This document shows positions 1-11,952 of a stretch of 62,090 nt of DNA, in pieces. The stretch is from an uncultured bacterium (GTDB lineage Bacteria; SAR324; NAC60-12): positions 1 through 62,090 of the forward strand of contig CAXGMD010000011.1 of the NCBI GenBank assembly GCA_964010765.1, given 5' to 3'. How positions within the stretch are numbered: position 1 is the first letter of the stretch; every line of letters begins with the position of its first letter. The notes beneath the pieces were generated by a model. The model had not been told where the DNA came from, made no database searches, and saw only the letters and a list, made by a program, of their open reading frames with translations. A program made the position numbers and the translations under genes.

Positions 1-83
1 ATCAGCCAAATGAGTTCATCTCTATTGATCAGATGGAGCAGGGCGAGCAATTCTTGAGAAAATTGATCCATCGTCTGTCCTGA
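1..83 (+). CDS. 3' end of an M20 family metallopeptidase (acetylornithine deacetylase-like), partial
   Basis: Not in the ORF track. Frame 3 reads QPNEFISIDQMEQGEQFLRKLIHRLS*, resembling the AHxPDEF C-terminal motif of ArgE/M20 enzymes. Confidence 0.6.
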   Translation, partial: QPNEFISIDQMEQGEQFLRKLIHRLS

Positions 84-131
84 CTACTCAGACAAATAGA
101 GCAAGGACAATCCAGCGCAACTGGCTCGTCA

Positions 132-1160
132 ATGTTAGAGAGCATGATTCGATCACGCACCAATCTAAAGACCATTGCCAAAGCTCTGGGGCTTTCGGTA
201 ACAACGGTCTCCAGGGCACTCAAAGATGGACCAGAGGTGCGCCCCGAAACCATCCAGCGTGTGAAATCAGCTGCAGAAAAATTGGGGTATGTCCCCAACC
301 AGGGAGGATTGATTCTTAGAACTGGGCGCAGCTACACCATCGCTTTAATTTTATCCCCAGAACCACAGAGTGCCTTCCCAGCCATGGGCTTCATGTTCTA
401 TTGCCAAGGGATTCTCCGCTCGCTACAGGACAGCCCATACACCCTGACGATTCAGCCAAGACTTGAAGAAGAAGATCTGCTTAAGCCAATCAAGCGCATT
501 GTCGAGGGCCAATTAGCTGACGGTGTGATCATTGGTCAAACACGAAATGATGATTCACGCGTTCGCTACCTACAACAACAACAATTTCCGTTTGTCACTT
601 TCGGCCGAACAAAACTTCCTGAGCCCCATGCTTTCTATGATGTCCGACATGAATGGATTACGGAAAATTCTGTTCACAGGCTATCCAAGCTGGGTCACCA
701 AAGAATTGGAATGATCAATCCACCAGAAGTGTTAAATTATTCCGGACATCGGCTTGATGGCTTTATAAGAGGATTGGAGAGTTGTGGATTGTGCTTCCAG
801 GCGGAATTGCAGGTAAGTACTGCTTTATCTTTCGAGGCTGGAAGAAAAGTTCTGCAGCAATTCATAGAATTTCCCAATCCCCCAACTGCGATTGTCTCTC
901 CCGGTGTATCGACTACGCTGGGGATTTTAACCGAGATGAATTCGGCAAATCTTATCTTAGGGAAAGATCTAGATTTGATCGCGTTCGAAGGAACAAATTA
1001 CTTGGAGTTCAACACTCCACGAATCAATGCCTATCACTCTTCCTTGGAGGCGGCGGGTCAACAGTTGTGTAAATTATTACTCAGGAGAATAGAAGGGGAA
1101 TCTGCTGAAAAATTACAAATGCTTCAAGAGCCAGAGTTTATGAATCGGCAAGGAAATTAG
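132..1160 (+). CDS. LacI family transcriptional regulator
   Basis: N-terminal HTH LKTIAKALGLSVTTVSRAL...LGYVPN followed by a periplasmic-binding-protein-like sensor domain. Confidence 0.93.
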   Translation: MLESMIRSRTNLKTIAKALGLSVTTVSRALKDGPEVRPETIQRVKSAAEKLGYVPNQGGLILRTGRSYTIALILSPEPQSAFPAMGFMFYCQGILRSLQDSPYTLTIQPRLEEEDLLKPIKRIVEGQLADGVIIGQTRNDDSRVRYLQQQQFPFVTFGRTKLPEPHAFYDVRHEWITENSVHRLSKLGHQRIGMINPPEVLNYSGHRLDGFIRGLESCGLCFQAELQVSTALSFEAGRKVLQQFIEFPNPPTAIVSPGVSTTLGILTEMNSANLILGKDLDLIAFEGTNYLEFNTPRINAYHSSLEAAGQQLCKLLLRRIEGESAEKLQMLQEPEFMNRQGN

Positions 1161-1258
1161 GGTGGGAAGAACATTCGAGATGGTTTTCTACAATTGGTAA
1201 AATTGAACAAGATCTCCTCGCAATCAAAAATGTAATTTTGAAAGCGAGAAGTTTTTAA

Positions 1259-3251
<1,993 letters not shown>

Positions 3252-3373
3252 TTGGGTTTGGAAAATGCTTTGTTTCGCTCGCTTGGTTTCGGTAGAATCA
3301 ATTTTTTCATGGTTGTGATTCGTTTTACAGAGATCCTTCTATAATTACAAGAAACGCTTCATACAAGAACAGT

Positions 3374-6049
3374 ATGCGGATTGCCTTTTCACTTGTAAAA
3401 GATCTAACGATTTTGGCTGGCTTTATCTGCAGTTTAGGAACTTTGAACGGATGTTTGCACGTTCAATTAGCGCCGCAGGATCCCGCATATGCTGAATGGG
3501 AAGCTTTACTAATCGATCCAAGCAACGAGTTGGGATACCTCCGTTTGGCATCGTACTACCACTCAACCGGGCAACTTCTTGAAGCAGAACAAGTTTATGA
3601 AGCAGGGTTAAAAAACATTCCTACCTCTGAGCGACTAGCCTCCTCGTTGGGGCGTCTATATTTAAGTTCTGGACAAAATACAGCAGCATTAGATTATTAC
3701 AGCGAAGAACGACTTCAATCCTGTAATTGTGCAAGTCTCTACTTAGATCGAGCCCAACTTCGAGCCCAAGCTGGAGAAAATCAAGCTGCACTGAATGACC
3801 TCTCAAAAGCACTTCAACTGAATCCTGAACTTCCAGAAGCCTGGTTCTGGAAAGGAATGCTCCACAGTCGCCAAAACCAGACAACCGAAGCGCTGGCGGC
3901 TTTCAAAACTGCAGCGAACTTTAACACCCAACAAGCTGCAGTCTGGCAGCAAATCGCAATTCTACAAAAACAAGCTGGAGAACTTCATTCCGCCGTCGAA
4001 GCCATCAAAAAGGCGCTCAGGCTGGAGCCCGAAGACTATAATCTTCTCCAGATGTATGCCTCCCTTTTAGAAGAATTGCTTGATCAAGGTGATCAGAGTG
4101 TGATGAAAGACCTCAGTCAGACTCTCCTAGTGATGAACGACCGATTCCCGAAAGACTCCTGGACACTTGCTCATCTTGGCACAGTCATCTGGCAAAGTGG
4201 CAATGAAGATGAAGGTCGCCGACTACTCCAATCCGCATTGGCCCTCAGATCCGATTACACATGGGCTCAATTGCGCCTCGCGCAACTTTATCTTGTTTCT
4301 AAACGCTGGGAAGACGCTAGCTTTTGGCTTCAAGAAGGCTTGAGAACCAATCCAGAAAATCGTTGGGCTTTGCAACAACTCGCTGAATGCTACGAACGAT
4401 TAAATCGCTCAAGAGAGGCCATTCAATTGATGGAATCGTGGATGCAGAATCCCGAGAGGACTTCATTCGCACTGCACCAAACTTTGGGGATGCTTTACCT
4501 CAACGAATTGGAATTTGAGTCTTACGAAAAGCATCAATTGAAAGGGCTCGAACGATATCCAAACCATTCTGAGATCTATCAAGAACTAGCGACATTTTAC
4601 CAAGGAATTCAAAGACCACTAGAAGCTCACAAGCTCTTGTTGAGACTTCTATCTAAACAACCTGAGAACGAAAATTTGATTCTTCAGGTTGTCTCGCTCG
4701 AACAAAAGATTGGGCTCAACAATCAGGCTAAGCAGAGAATTCTTGATACTCTTGAAGGTAATGTCCCATCTGAAAAAATGTGGCAATTCTGGATTGAATT
4801 ACAGTTAGCCCAGGAAGCCTCAAAAGATATTTCAGCCGATTTGATAGAGATGCTGGGCCAGTTTCCTGAATCAGAATGGGCAGGAGTCAAGTTGGCTGAG
4901 ATTTTCCTTCACGATGAAAAATATGCAGATGCAGAAAAAGTCATTGAGAAAGCCATGGAGGAATCACCGGAATCTGCTTCACTCAAAATTCTCTTAGGTA
5001 GATTGTTGGAAATTCAAGGCAAATGGACCGAAGCACTAACTGCATTCAGTTCTATAGAAAAAGATCTTGGAGGAGTTCCACTACTGAACCACCAAGCTCT
5101 TGCTTACCGAAAACTGGGCAAACCTCATATTTCTTTAAAATTAGTAGAATATTCTTTGCTCAACCACGACTGGGATCTTTGGACCTGGTATCAATTTTTA
5201 CTTTTGCAGCCCCCAATGGAATTGGAACTGTGGCTTGGACCTCAGAAAGATGCGATTCTGCAAACACTTGAATCAACGATGTCTTTGCAGTTCGGCCGGG
5301 CTCGCCAACAACTTACAAATGCTTCATTACCCCCTATTCAAAAGGAAATTTTACGCAGGCTAGCGCATCAAATGCGTACAGGAGAGACTCTCCCAAGTCA
5401 GGAAATTGAGCTCAAAGAGGTTTTCACTCAACCAATCTGGGTTCGCTTTCAACTGGCAATGGAAGCAGAATCTAATCGTAGCCTGGTCCGTAGCGAGACA
5501 ATATATCGAAGCATCTTGGACGAAGTACCTGACCATCCTTGGATACACGCCCGCTTAGGCAGTGTTTATGCGGATCTAGATCAACTCGAGCGCAGTCAAC
5601 AGCATCATGCTCGTTTTTTGAAGATTTATCCGAACGCTGTCTGGGGTAACTTTCGATTAGCGGTCTTAAAAACACTACAACAAGAAGAACCAGAGGCGAT
5701 CCGTCTTTACCAACAAGTATTGAGTCTCCAACCTGATCATGCCGCAAGTTTAAATAATCTAGCTTGGACGTTCTTGACCAGTGGAGATCCTAAACTTCGA
5801 AATACTTCCGAAGCATTGAGCATGGCTCAAAAAGCCGTCAGACTTCAGGCATCTGTGGATCATCTAGATACTCTTGCTGAAGCCTACTTCCAGTCTGGCC
5901 AACCCATTGAAGCGATTCAGACAATTCGGCGAGCTATCTTAATTACTCCCCTTGATTCAGATCGTTACCCCTATCTCCTAAAGCAATTCAATCGTTTCCG
6001 CCAAGGAGACACTGATTCAGCGCCACCCAGCTTAAGCTCTGCCTCTTGA
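3374..6049 (+). CDS. large tetratricopeptide-repeat protein, probable lipoprotein
   Basis: Lipobox-like LNGC after a hydrophobic N-terminus; many TPR units (e.g. ALQLNPELPEAWFWKG, LSLQPDHAASLNNLAW, DTLAEAYF). Confidence 0.85.
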   Translation: MRIAFSLVKDLTILAGFICSLGTLNGCLHVQLAPQDPAYAEWEALLIDPSNELGYLRLASYYHSTGQLLEAEQVYEAGLKNIPTSERLASSLGRLYLSSGQNTAALDYYSEERLQSCNCASLYLDRAQLRAQAGENQAALNDLSKALQLNPELPEAWFWKGMLHSRQNQTTEALAAFKTAANFNTQQAAVWQQIAILQKQAGELHSAVEAIKKALRLEPEDYNLLQMYASLLEELLDQGDQSVMKDLSQTLLVMNDRFPKDSWTLAHLGTVIWQSGNEDEGRRLLQSALALRSDYTWAQLRLAQLYLVSKRWEDASFWLQEGLRTNPENRWALQQLAECYERLNRSREAIQLMESWMQNPERTSFALHQTLGMLYLNELEFESYEKHQLKGLERYPNHSEIYQELATFYQGIQRPLEAHKLLLRLLSKQPENENLILQVVSLEQKIGLNNQAKQRILDTLEGNVPSEKMWQFWIELQLAQEASKDISADLIEMLGQFPESEWAGVKLAEIFLHDEKYADAEKVIEKAMEESPESASLKILLGRLLEIQGKWTEALTAFSSIEKDLGGVPLLNHQALAYRKLGKPHISLKLVEYSLLNHDWDLWTWYQFLLLQPPMELELWLGPQKDAILQTLESTMSLQFGRARQQLTNASLPPIQKEILRRLAHQMRTGETLPSQEIELKEVFTQPIWVRFQLAMEAESNRSLVRSETIYRSILDEVPDHPWIHARLGSVYADLDQLERSQQHHARFLKIYPNAVWGNFRLAVLKTLQQEEPEAIRLYQQVLSLQPDHAASLNNLAWTFLTSGDPKLRNTSEALSMAQKAVRLQASVDHLDTLAEAYFQSGQPIEAIQTIRRAILITPLDSDRYPYLLKQFNRFRQGDTDSAPPSLSSAS

Positions 6050-7350
6050 ACCTGCATCATCAGGCTATGCAGCTTCTGAAACAATCAATGAACCGACAGC
6101 AATTTAGTTCCAGACGAGGAATGGCATTATTGTTGACTTTGGTCATTCTAATGCTCCTCTCAATTTTCATGGTTGAGTTTTCATTTCAAACAACCTTGGA
6201 AACCCGTGGAATCAGGAATTTTCAAGCATCATTTCAAGCAAGAAATGCTGTAAAATCAATGTTAAAGGCTGTTCTCGAGGGCCTGCAAACAAGAGATGAA
6301 ATAACTTTCTTCCGTCAGGATCTCCAATTTCTACAAGAATTGAACGCATTGGCTGGAATTGAAAACGCTTCTATTTTGAATCCTCCGCCACCAACGCAAC
6401 TGCCTCAGGGTATTCTTGAAGACTTCGAGGATATCGTTTTCTACAGCCCTGTCATTCGACCGATTGATCACCTATTCAACCTGAATCGATTACTAAGAGA
6501 AGGAACTCCTGTACCAGGTAATGACTATGATCTCCGACTCAGTTCACAATTTTTCCAAATGGTCAGCAACCTTCCAATAACTACTGTAGATGGTGTGCCA
6601 GTAGAGGAAGGGATCCCATCCTACCTTGCTGAAGATCAAGTCATGCAGATCTACGGAAATATCTTTGATTGGCTAGACGCAAAAGATGGAGAGATGCCTT
6701 ACACCACCCCCTATTTAGGGAGTATTGGCGCTGAACAACTCAGCTATCTTGACTACGGCCAAGAAAAGATCGTGAAGAATCGCGGCTTGGATCATCTCGA
6801 TGAACTTCGGCTGATCATGGGTTTTAGAGAAAGCGGAATTCCTTGGGAAAGTTGGGAGCGCTATTTCACAACTTACCCAGTGGGTAAACCACCCGAAGCA
6901 GGAAGCCCAGTAGGAGAAGCCCGTTTGAATGTGAATCTGGCCAATGAGGAAGAGATTATTGAATTTCTGAACCGATTTGATCAGGATCGAATTCCTTCTG
7001 AACTTTTTGAGTCCAATACCCAGGAATACGTCATCAATGCGGCAAATATCGCATCGGTCCTTAAGCAGCAGGAAGAAACCACTGGCCCGCTAAACATGAT
7101 GGTTGATGCTGAATATCGGCAAGCTGGCTCAATTCAATCAGCTCTGGATGCCGACCCAACAACCAATTATCTTCCACGCCAGGCGGAGCAAAAATTCTTC
7201 ATTCGATTCAGCCAGTGGTACCAAATTCGTTTGAAAGCAGAGATGGACGGTGTCCTCGCATCTGTGGAGGCAATTGTCCAAATCCAAAGAGATGACAAAG
7301 GAGAGCCCATTAAAGATGGAATGGTCATTCATCACTTTTCATTAAACTAA
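6046..7350 (+). CDS. gspK: type II secretion minor pseudopilin K-like protein
   Basis: Prepilin-type RRG|MALLLTLVIL, FNLN, IFDWLD, KNRGLDHLDELRLIMG and LNVNLA motifs typical of GspK. The start may be ATG 6067 or 6088. Confidence 0.8.
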   Translation: MNLHHQAMQLLKQSMNRQQFSSRRGMALLLTLVILMLLSIFMVEFSFQTTLETRGIRNFQASFQARNAVKSMLKAVLEGLQTRDEITFFRQDLQFLQELNALAGIENASILNPPPPTQLPQGILEDFEDIVFYSPVIRPIDHLFNLNRLLREGTPVPGNDYDLRLSSQFFQMVSNLPITTVDGVPVEEGIPSYLAEDQVMQIYGNIFDWLDAKDGEMPYTTPYLGSIGAEQLSYLDYGQEKIVKNRGLDHLDELRLIMGFRESGIPWESWERYFTTYPVGKPPEAGSPVGEARLNVNLANEEEIIEFLNRFDQDRIPSELFESNTQEYVINAANIASVLKQQEETTGPLNMMVDAEYRQAGSIQSALDADPTTNYLPRQAEQKFFIRFSQWYQIRLKAEMDGVLASVEAIVQIQRDDKGEPIKDGMVIHHFSLN

Positions 7351-7351
7351 A

Positions 7352-8107
7352 ATGCCACTTGGCAAGCCATTACTTGAATTTGAGGAGTTACCATCCACAA
7401 ATAGCTATCTGCTTGGCAACATCTCTCTTTGTTCACAGCATGGATTAACTGTTTGGACCCATAAACAAACGAGCGGGAGAGGACGAGCGGGGAGAACTTT
7501 TATAAGCCCCTCAAACCAGGTTTTGACTTTTTCAGTAGTTATTCACTCCGGAGATTCTGAAGACAGACTTCATCTTTGGGCCCTCTGGAGTGGGTTGGCA
7601 TTGTTTAGAAGCTTATCTGGAAAAGGGTTACCAAATTTACGTCTGAAGTGGCCCAATGATTTATTAGATGGACGTCGAAAGCTTGCTGGAATCCTAGTTG
7701 AACGAGGACCTTGGCATCAGGCGGGATTAAATAGCCTGATTATTGGTATTGGTTTGAATGTGAGTGGCTCAGCTTCTGACTTCCCAACCGAACTCAAAGA
7801 TAAAGTAACTACTTTACATGCGGCAACTGGGATCGTTTTTTCCCCAAAGGAACTACTTAGAGAAATCCTAGACAATCTACAAATAATTATCAGGGAACTT
7901 CGTGCTGATAGTTCTTTGAAACTCCTTGAAGAATGGCAAGTAGCTTCAAACATCATTGGCCAGCTAGTCGGTTGGGACAAGGATTCTCTAATTCAAACAG
8001 GGCTGGTTGAAAGACTTGATCCTCGAGGATTCCCTCAAATTCGAGTGGAGAATGGGCAACTTTACACGCACATCGCTGGTGACCTGATTCACTATGACAA
8101 GATGTAG
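7352..8107 (+). CDS. birA: biotin-[acetyl-CoA-carboxylase] ligase (no HTH)
   Basis: STN, QTSGRGRAGR, KWPND, KLAGIL, GIGLNV motifs. Confidence 0.95.
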   Translation: MPLGKPLLEFEELPSTNSYLLGNISLCSQHGLTVWTHKQTSGRGRAGRTFISPSNQVLTFSVVIHSGDSEDRLHLWALWSGLALFRSLSGKGLPNLRLKWPNDLLDGRRKLAGILVERGPWHQAGLNSLIIGIGLNVSGSASDFPTELKDKVTTLHAATGIVFSPKELLREILDNLQIIIRELRADSSLKLLEEWQVASNIIGQLVGWDKDSLIQTGLVERLDPRGFPQIRVENGQLYTHIAGDLIHYDKM

Positions 8108-8109
8108 CC

Positions 8110-8946
8110 ATGATTTTAGTTGCTGATATCGGAAACACCAAAATCCACATCGCGGCTTTTGAAAAAAGTCAGATGATTGAAGACTGGTATTTGCAGACTC
8201 CAAAAAGGACTGCATCTGAAAATTTAGAGTTGGAACTCACTCAGTTCATTCAAGGCCACCAAACTCTTTTTAAAGAACCTCAATTTGAGGGCTGGATTCT
8301 CTGTTCAGTGGTACCTTGGATTACCCCTATTTTCGGGGAAATGGTCCGAAATTTGATTGGCGTAATACCTACTGTGTTGATGCGAACAAGCCCGCTCCCG
8401 ATCAGATTAGTACCTGGTGAATCACTGACTATAGGTATCGATAGACTAATCGTAGCTGCTGCAGCCTATGACTTGGTTCGCAGGAGTGTCATCACAGTTG
8501 ACATTGGCACAGCAACCACAATTGATGCTGTGACCGATCAAGGTCTATTTCTGGGAGGAATTATTCTACCCGGGCCTAGGTTGTGGTTAGATTCTTTGCA
8601 TATAGGAACGGCAAATCTACCAAAGGCAGAGATTGAACAAATAAAATCTGTCATAGAGACTTCCACGACTGGCTGTATACAGGCTGGGCTTTACAACGGC
8701 TATAGACATTTGTTGGAAGGTCTTGTCAAGCAAATGCGGCAAGAGTTGGCTCAGAGTTCACAACATGATTCATCGATTTATTTGACTGGCGGGAGTGCAA
8801 AATACTGGTGTGAAGACTTCCCAAACTGGTGCTTTCATCCAGACCTTCTCTTGAGTGGCTTAGCTCAATCGCAAAGATGGTCCAAAGAATTAGGCAAAGT
8901 TGGTGACTGTCGTCGGCACGATAACACCCCCAACCTCATAGGCTAA
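8110..8946 (+). CDS. coaX: type III pantothenate kinase
   Basis: DIGNT, SVVP, GIDR, DIGTATT, GGIILPG, LTGG motifs; typical birA-coaX order. Confidence 0.95.
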   Translation: MILVADIGNTKIHIAAFEKSQMIEDWYLQTPKRTASENLELELTQFIQGHQTLFKEPQFEGWILCSVVPWITPIFGEMVRNLIGVIPTVLMRTSPLPIRLVPGESLTIGIDRLIVAAAAYDLVRRSVITVDIGTATTIDAVTDQGLFLGGIILPGPRLWLDSLHIGTANLPKAEIEQIKSVIETSTTGCIQAGLYNGYRHLLEGLVKQMRQELAQSSQHDSSIYLTGGSAKYWCEDFPNWCFHPDLLLSGLAQSQRWSKELGKVGDCRRHDNTPNLIG

Positions 8947-8994
8947 GCCCCAAGACGAAATACCGAACCCAAGCAAGCGACGGAAAAAGGAGCT

Positions 8995-10164
8995 ATGGCA
9001 GAAGAACTTGATGGACTGGAGGGGATTGGTGATCTGGACGATGAGTTCGGTGATCAACTCGACAGCTTTATGGACAGCGAAGGCGGCGATGATGGTGAGT
9101 TGGATTCATTCTTTGAGGATTTATCTACTATTGACGATCTAGAAGTTCAAGATGACGATCTCAGTGCCGGTGGTGGAGACGCTGATGACTTTGGTAGTGA
9201 AGACCTCGAAGATGAATTAGCACCCGCTGCGGCTGCAGCCGCAGGTGCTGGAGCGGCTGCAGCCACCGCTGCATCTGATGATAGTCCTGCACCCAAAGCT
9301 GAGAAAAAGAAGAAGAAAAGCTCCGGTGACAAGAAGCCTCTGTTAATTCCGGGTATCATCACAGGTGCTGCAGGTGCTGTGCTCGGAGCAGCGGCTGTTG
9401 CAGCTATGTATTTTATGGCTCCTCCACCTCCACCTATGGACATAGAAGAACCAGCACTAGCAATTCTTGAAGAGCCTCCTCCACCTCCTCCACCTGCACC
9501 TTTGCTGACTGAAGACGCAACTGCCATCACAGAACCTGTTCCTGCTGCTGAGTCACTGGATGAAATTCAAGAAGTGGAGGAGATTGTCGTGATAGAAGAG
9601 CCCCCTCCTCCAACAATGGATGAACTGCCTGTTGCCCCAGTGGTCGAAGCACCTCCTCAGCCTGTCAAGAGGCCACGGACTACAAGATTTTTTGTACAAG
9701 TTGCCAATTGTATCTACCAAGAGTGTGTGGATGATTATCGCTATTTGTTGAAGCGAACTGGGTACGCAACTAGAGTAGAGACTGTCAATGAAGTCAACCC
9801 AATGACGGAAATTGTCTCTACCAATCTTTATGGCGAAGAGGAAGCGTCGAACCTAGTTAATCGAATCAATAACGAAAACTTGATCACTGGGCAAGCGTAC
9901 AGGAAACCCTCCAGCAGTTCCTTCCAAATTTCCCTTGGATTGTTCCCGGATCTTACGACAGCCAATCGGGTGAAAGCCCATCTCAATCAAATCTATTCAG
10001 CAGAAGTCTTTTTTGAAGCACGACGTTCAGATCAACGAATCCGCAACTACCGTGTCTATGCTGGGGGCTTCAAAACCAAGAACGAAGCGTTAGACTTGCA
10101 AAAAATCCTTGAGGAAAAAGATCGGCGCTTTGAGGGTATGTTTGTTGTTGCGATGAGTGAATGA
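8995..10164 (+). CDS. bitopic membrane protein with acidic N-terminus, Pro-rich linker and SPOR-like C-terminal domain(s)
   Basis: SD AGGAG; D/E-rich N-terminus, KKKKK plus TM helix, polyPro linker, FFVQVA...YRVYAGGF...EA SPOR-like motifs. Confidence 0.75.
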   Translation: MAEELDGLEGIGDLDDEFGDQLDSFMDSEGGDDGELDSFFEDLSTIDDLEVQDDDLSAGGGDADDFGSEDLEDELAPAAAAAAGAGAAAATAASDDSPAPKAEKKKKKSSGDKKPLLIPGIITGAAGAVLGAAAVAAMYFMAPPPPPMDIEEPALAILEEPPPPPPPAPLLTEDATAITEPVPAAESLDEIQEVEEIVVIEEPPPPTMDELPVAPVVEAPPQPVKRPRTTRFFVQVANCIYQECVDDYRYLLKRTGYATRVETVNEVNPMTEIVSTNLYGEEEASNLVNRINNENLITGQAYRKPSSSSFQISLGLFPDLTTANRVKAHLNQIYSAEVFFEARRSDQRIRNYRVYAGGFKTKNEALDLQKILEEKDRRFEGMFVVAMSE

Positions 10165-10243
10165 AGCATCCTGCCTTGCTAAAAAAAAGCTTCGGTGTTA
10201 ATAAATCTATATTTGTTCAACCCTTAGATCTGGAGAATTGGCT

Positions 10244-10360
10244 ATGGCATTGAGTTGGCCACTAGTCTTTGGCATCATGGTTTTCGGCATGATGGTCTGT
10301 CCAGGAATCGTCTTCCTGATCCACCTTGCTCGTTTGAAAAGCGAAGACCAAAGCGTCTAA
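10244..10360 (+). CDS. small single-TM protein (38 aa), not in the ORF track
   Basis: GGAGA 7 nt before ATG; MALSWPLVFGIMVFGMMVCPGIVFLIHLARLKSEDQSV*; followed by a GC hairpin. Confidence 0.6.
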   Translation: MALSWPLVFGIMVFGMMVCPGIVFLIHLARLKSEDQSV

Positions 10361-10367
10361 GCTTCCT

Positions 10368-10383
10368 GGCCCCAACAGGGGCC
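10368..10383 (+). terminator. GC-rich hairpin after the small ORF
   Basis: GGCCCC-AACA-GGGGCC followed by a pyrimidine-rich tract; weak U-tail. Confidence 0.4.
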
Positions 10384-10428
10384 GCCGTCTTCTTCCCTCC
10401 CTCTTTTCCTCTCAGTCAAAAATCTCTC

Positions 10429-11910
10429 ATGACAAATTTTACCCTCACAACCTTATCTATTGTCTTCTGGGTCAATCTACTCGTCGCAGCTCCCCTGACA
10501 ATTGCGCTGGATGGGGCACCAAAATCCTTGGATCCTCGCTTTGCTGTTGATGCGAATGGTATGCGGCTAACTCAAGTTTTGCTATTTGAAACCCTGGTTC
10601 AACAAGATGATTCACTTCGCATTGTACCTGGTTTAGCCGAGAGTTGGACACATCCTGACGATACAACCTGGATTCTCAAACTCAAAGCGGGTGTACATTT
10701 TCAAGACGGGTCCCAACTAGATGCAGAGGATGTACGCTTCACTTTCGAGCACATTATGGATCCAGAGACCAAATCTCCGTTCCAGTTCCTCTCGAAAAAA
10801 CTCAAATCTGTTGAAGCAACTGGCGATCGTACGGTCACCTTTCACTTGTTCCAACCTGAAGCAGCTTTTTTTCTAGATATCTTCATTCCGATCTTCTCTA
10901 GAAATTCCGACCTTGAAAATGCCAAGCTAATTGGAACGGGTCCCTATCAATTAGTCAGCCAAGATCCAAATGGAATCAGCCTTAAAAGATTTGATGACTA
11001 CCACGGGACTAAACCGACTATCGAAGAATTAGAACTGAAAATCATCCAAGATGCCAACACTCGGTTTCTGAAGATGCGTAAAGGAGAGATTGATCTCGCG
11101 ATCAATGTGGTGCCCTTGGATAAACTTCCCCAATTTGAAAGAGGCTCACTCGCGACAGAATATAAGATGATGACCGGACCAGCTCTAAACTATCAGTATC
11201 TTGGGCTAAACATGAAATCATCCAAGCTCCAGGATCCAAGAGTTCGCCGGGCCATTGCCCACGGGATCAATCGTCAGGAGTTGATTGAGTTTCTCAAGAA
11301 GGGTAGAGCTGTTGCTGCAGATAGTGTCCTGACAAAACAAAATGATTTTTCGGCACCTGGGCTGGTAAGTTATCAACATGATCCTCAAAAAGCCCGTCAA
11401 CTCCTTAAGGAAGCCGGCATTGAAAACCTCACGCTTGAGTATAAAACCAGCAATAGTCGAGATGCTGTTCAACAGGCCCGAATTCTGCAGAATCAGCTCA
11501 AAGAGATTGGTATCAACCTTGAGATCCGTTCCTTTGAATGGGGCACGTTCTTCGGAGATGTAAAGGCAGGAAACTTCGAGTTATTCTCCTTGCGTTGGGT
11601 TGGAGTATCGGAACCGGATTTCTACTACTCACTTTTTCATAGTAGTGAGTTACCAGATGTAGGTGGTAGAAATCGTGTTCGCTACAGCAACGCTGAAATT
11701 GATAGTTTGCTGGAACAAGGGCGTAGTACTATCGATCCGCAAGAAAGAAAGAAGTACTACAACAAGGTCCAAGAAATTCTTCAGCTGGACCTGCCTTATA
11801 TTTCCCTATGGCACAATCAGAACGTCGCTCTGGTCAAGGAGAATATCGATGGCTTCCGATTGCATCCAAGTGGTGGTTTCCAATCTCTCGTATATATCAG
11901 CCGTCGTTAA
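10429..11910 (+). CDS. ABC transporter substrate-binding protein, family 5 (peptide/nickel)
   Basis: SLDP, PGLAESW, FQDGSQLDAEDVRFT, GTGPY, DPRVRRAIAHGINR. Start reassigned to ATG 10429, which gives a signal peptide. Confidence 0.92.
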   Translation: MTNFTLTTLSIVFWVNLLVAAPLTIALDGAPKSLDPRFAVDANGMRLTQVLLFETLVQQDDSLRIVPGLAESWTHPDDTTWILKLKAGVHFQDGSQLDAEDVRFTFEHIMDPETKSPFQFLSKKLKSVEATGDRTVTFHLFQPEAAFFLDIFIPIFSRNSDLENAKLIGTGPYQLVSQDPNGISLKRFDDYHGTKPTIEELELKIIQDANTRFLKMRKGEIDLAINVVPLDKLPQFERGSLATEYKMMTGPALNYQYLGLNMKSSKLQDPRVRRAIAHGINRQELIEFLKKGRAVAADSVLTKQNDFSAPGLVSYQHDPQKARQLLKEAGIENLTLEYKTSNSRDAVQQARILQNQLKEIGINLEIRSFEWGTFFGDVKAGNFELFSLRWVGVSEPDFYYSLFHSSELPDVGGRNRVRYSNAEIDSLLEQGRSTIDPQERKKYYNKVQEILQLDLPYISLWHNQNVALVKENIDGFRLHPSGGFQSLVYISRR

Positions 11911-11952
11911 CAGTCGGTCCCACAGAATTACCGCTAATGAGAGGAAATCCCA

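Noticed and set aside
9147..9530. Antisense Gly/Ala/Ser-rich ORF and the many other short overlapping ORFs in the track
   Set aside because: Shadows of well-supported genes, with no independent motifs.
10255..10428. N-terminal 58-aa extension of the SBP ORF
   Set aside because: It overlaps the better-supported small ORF and hairpin, and the signal peptide starts at ATG 10429.
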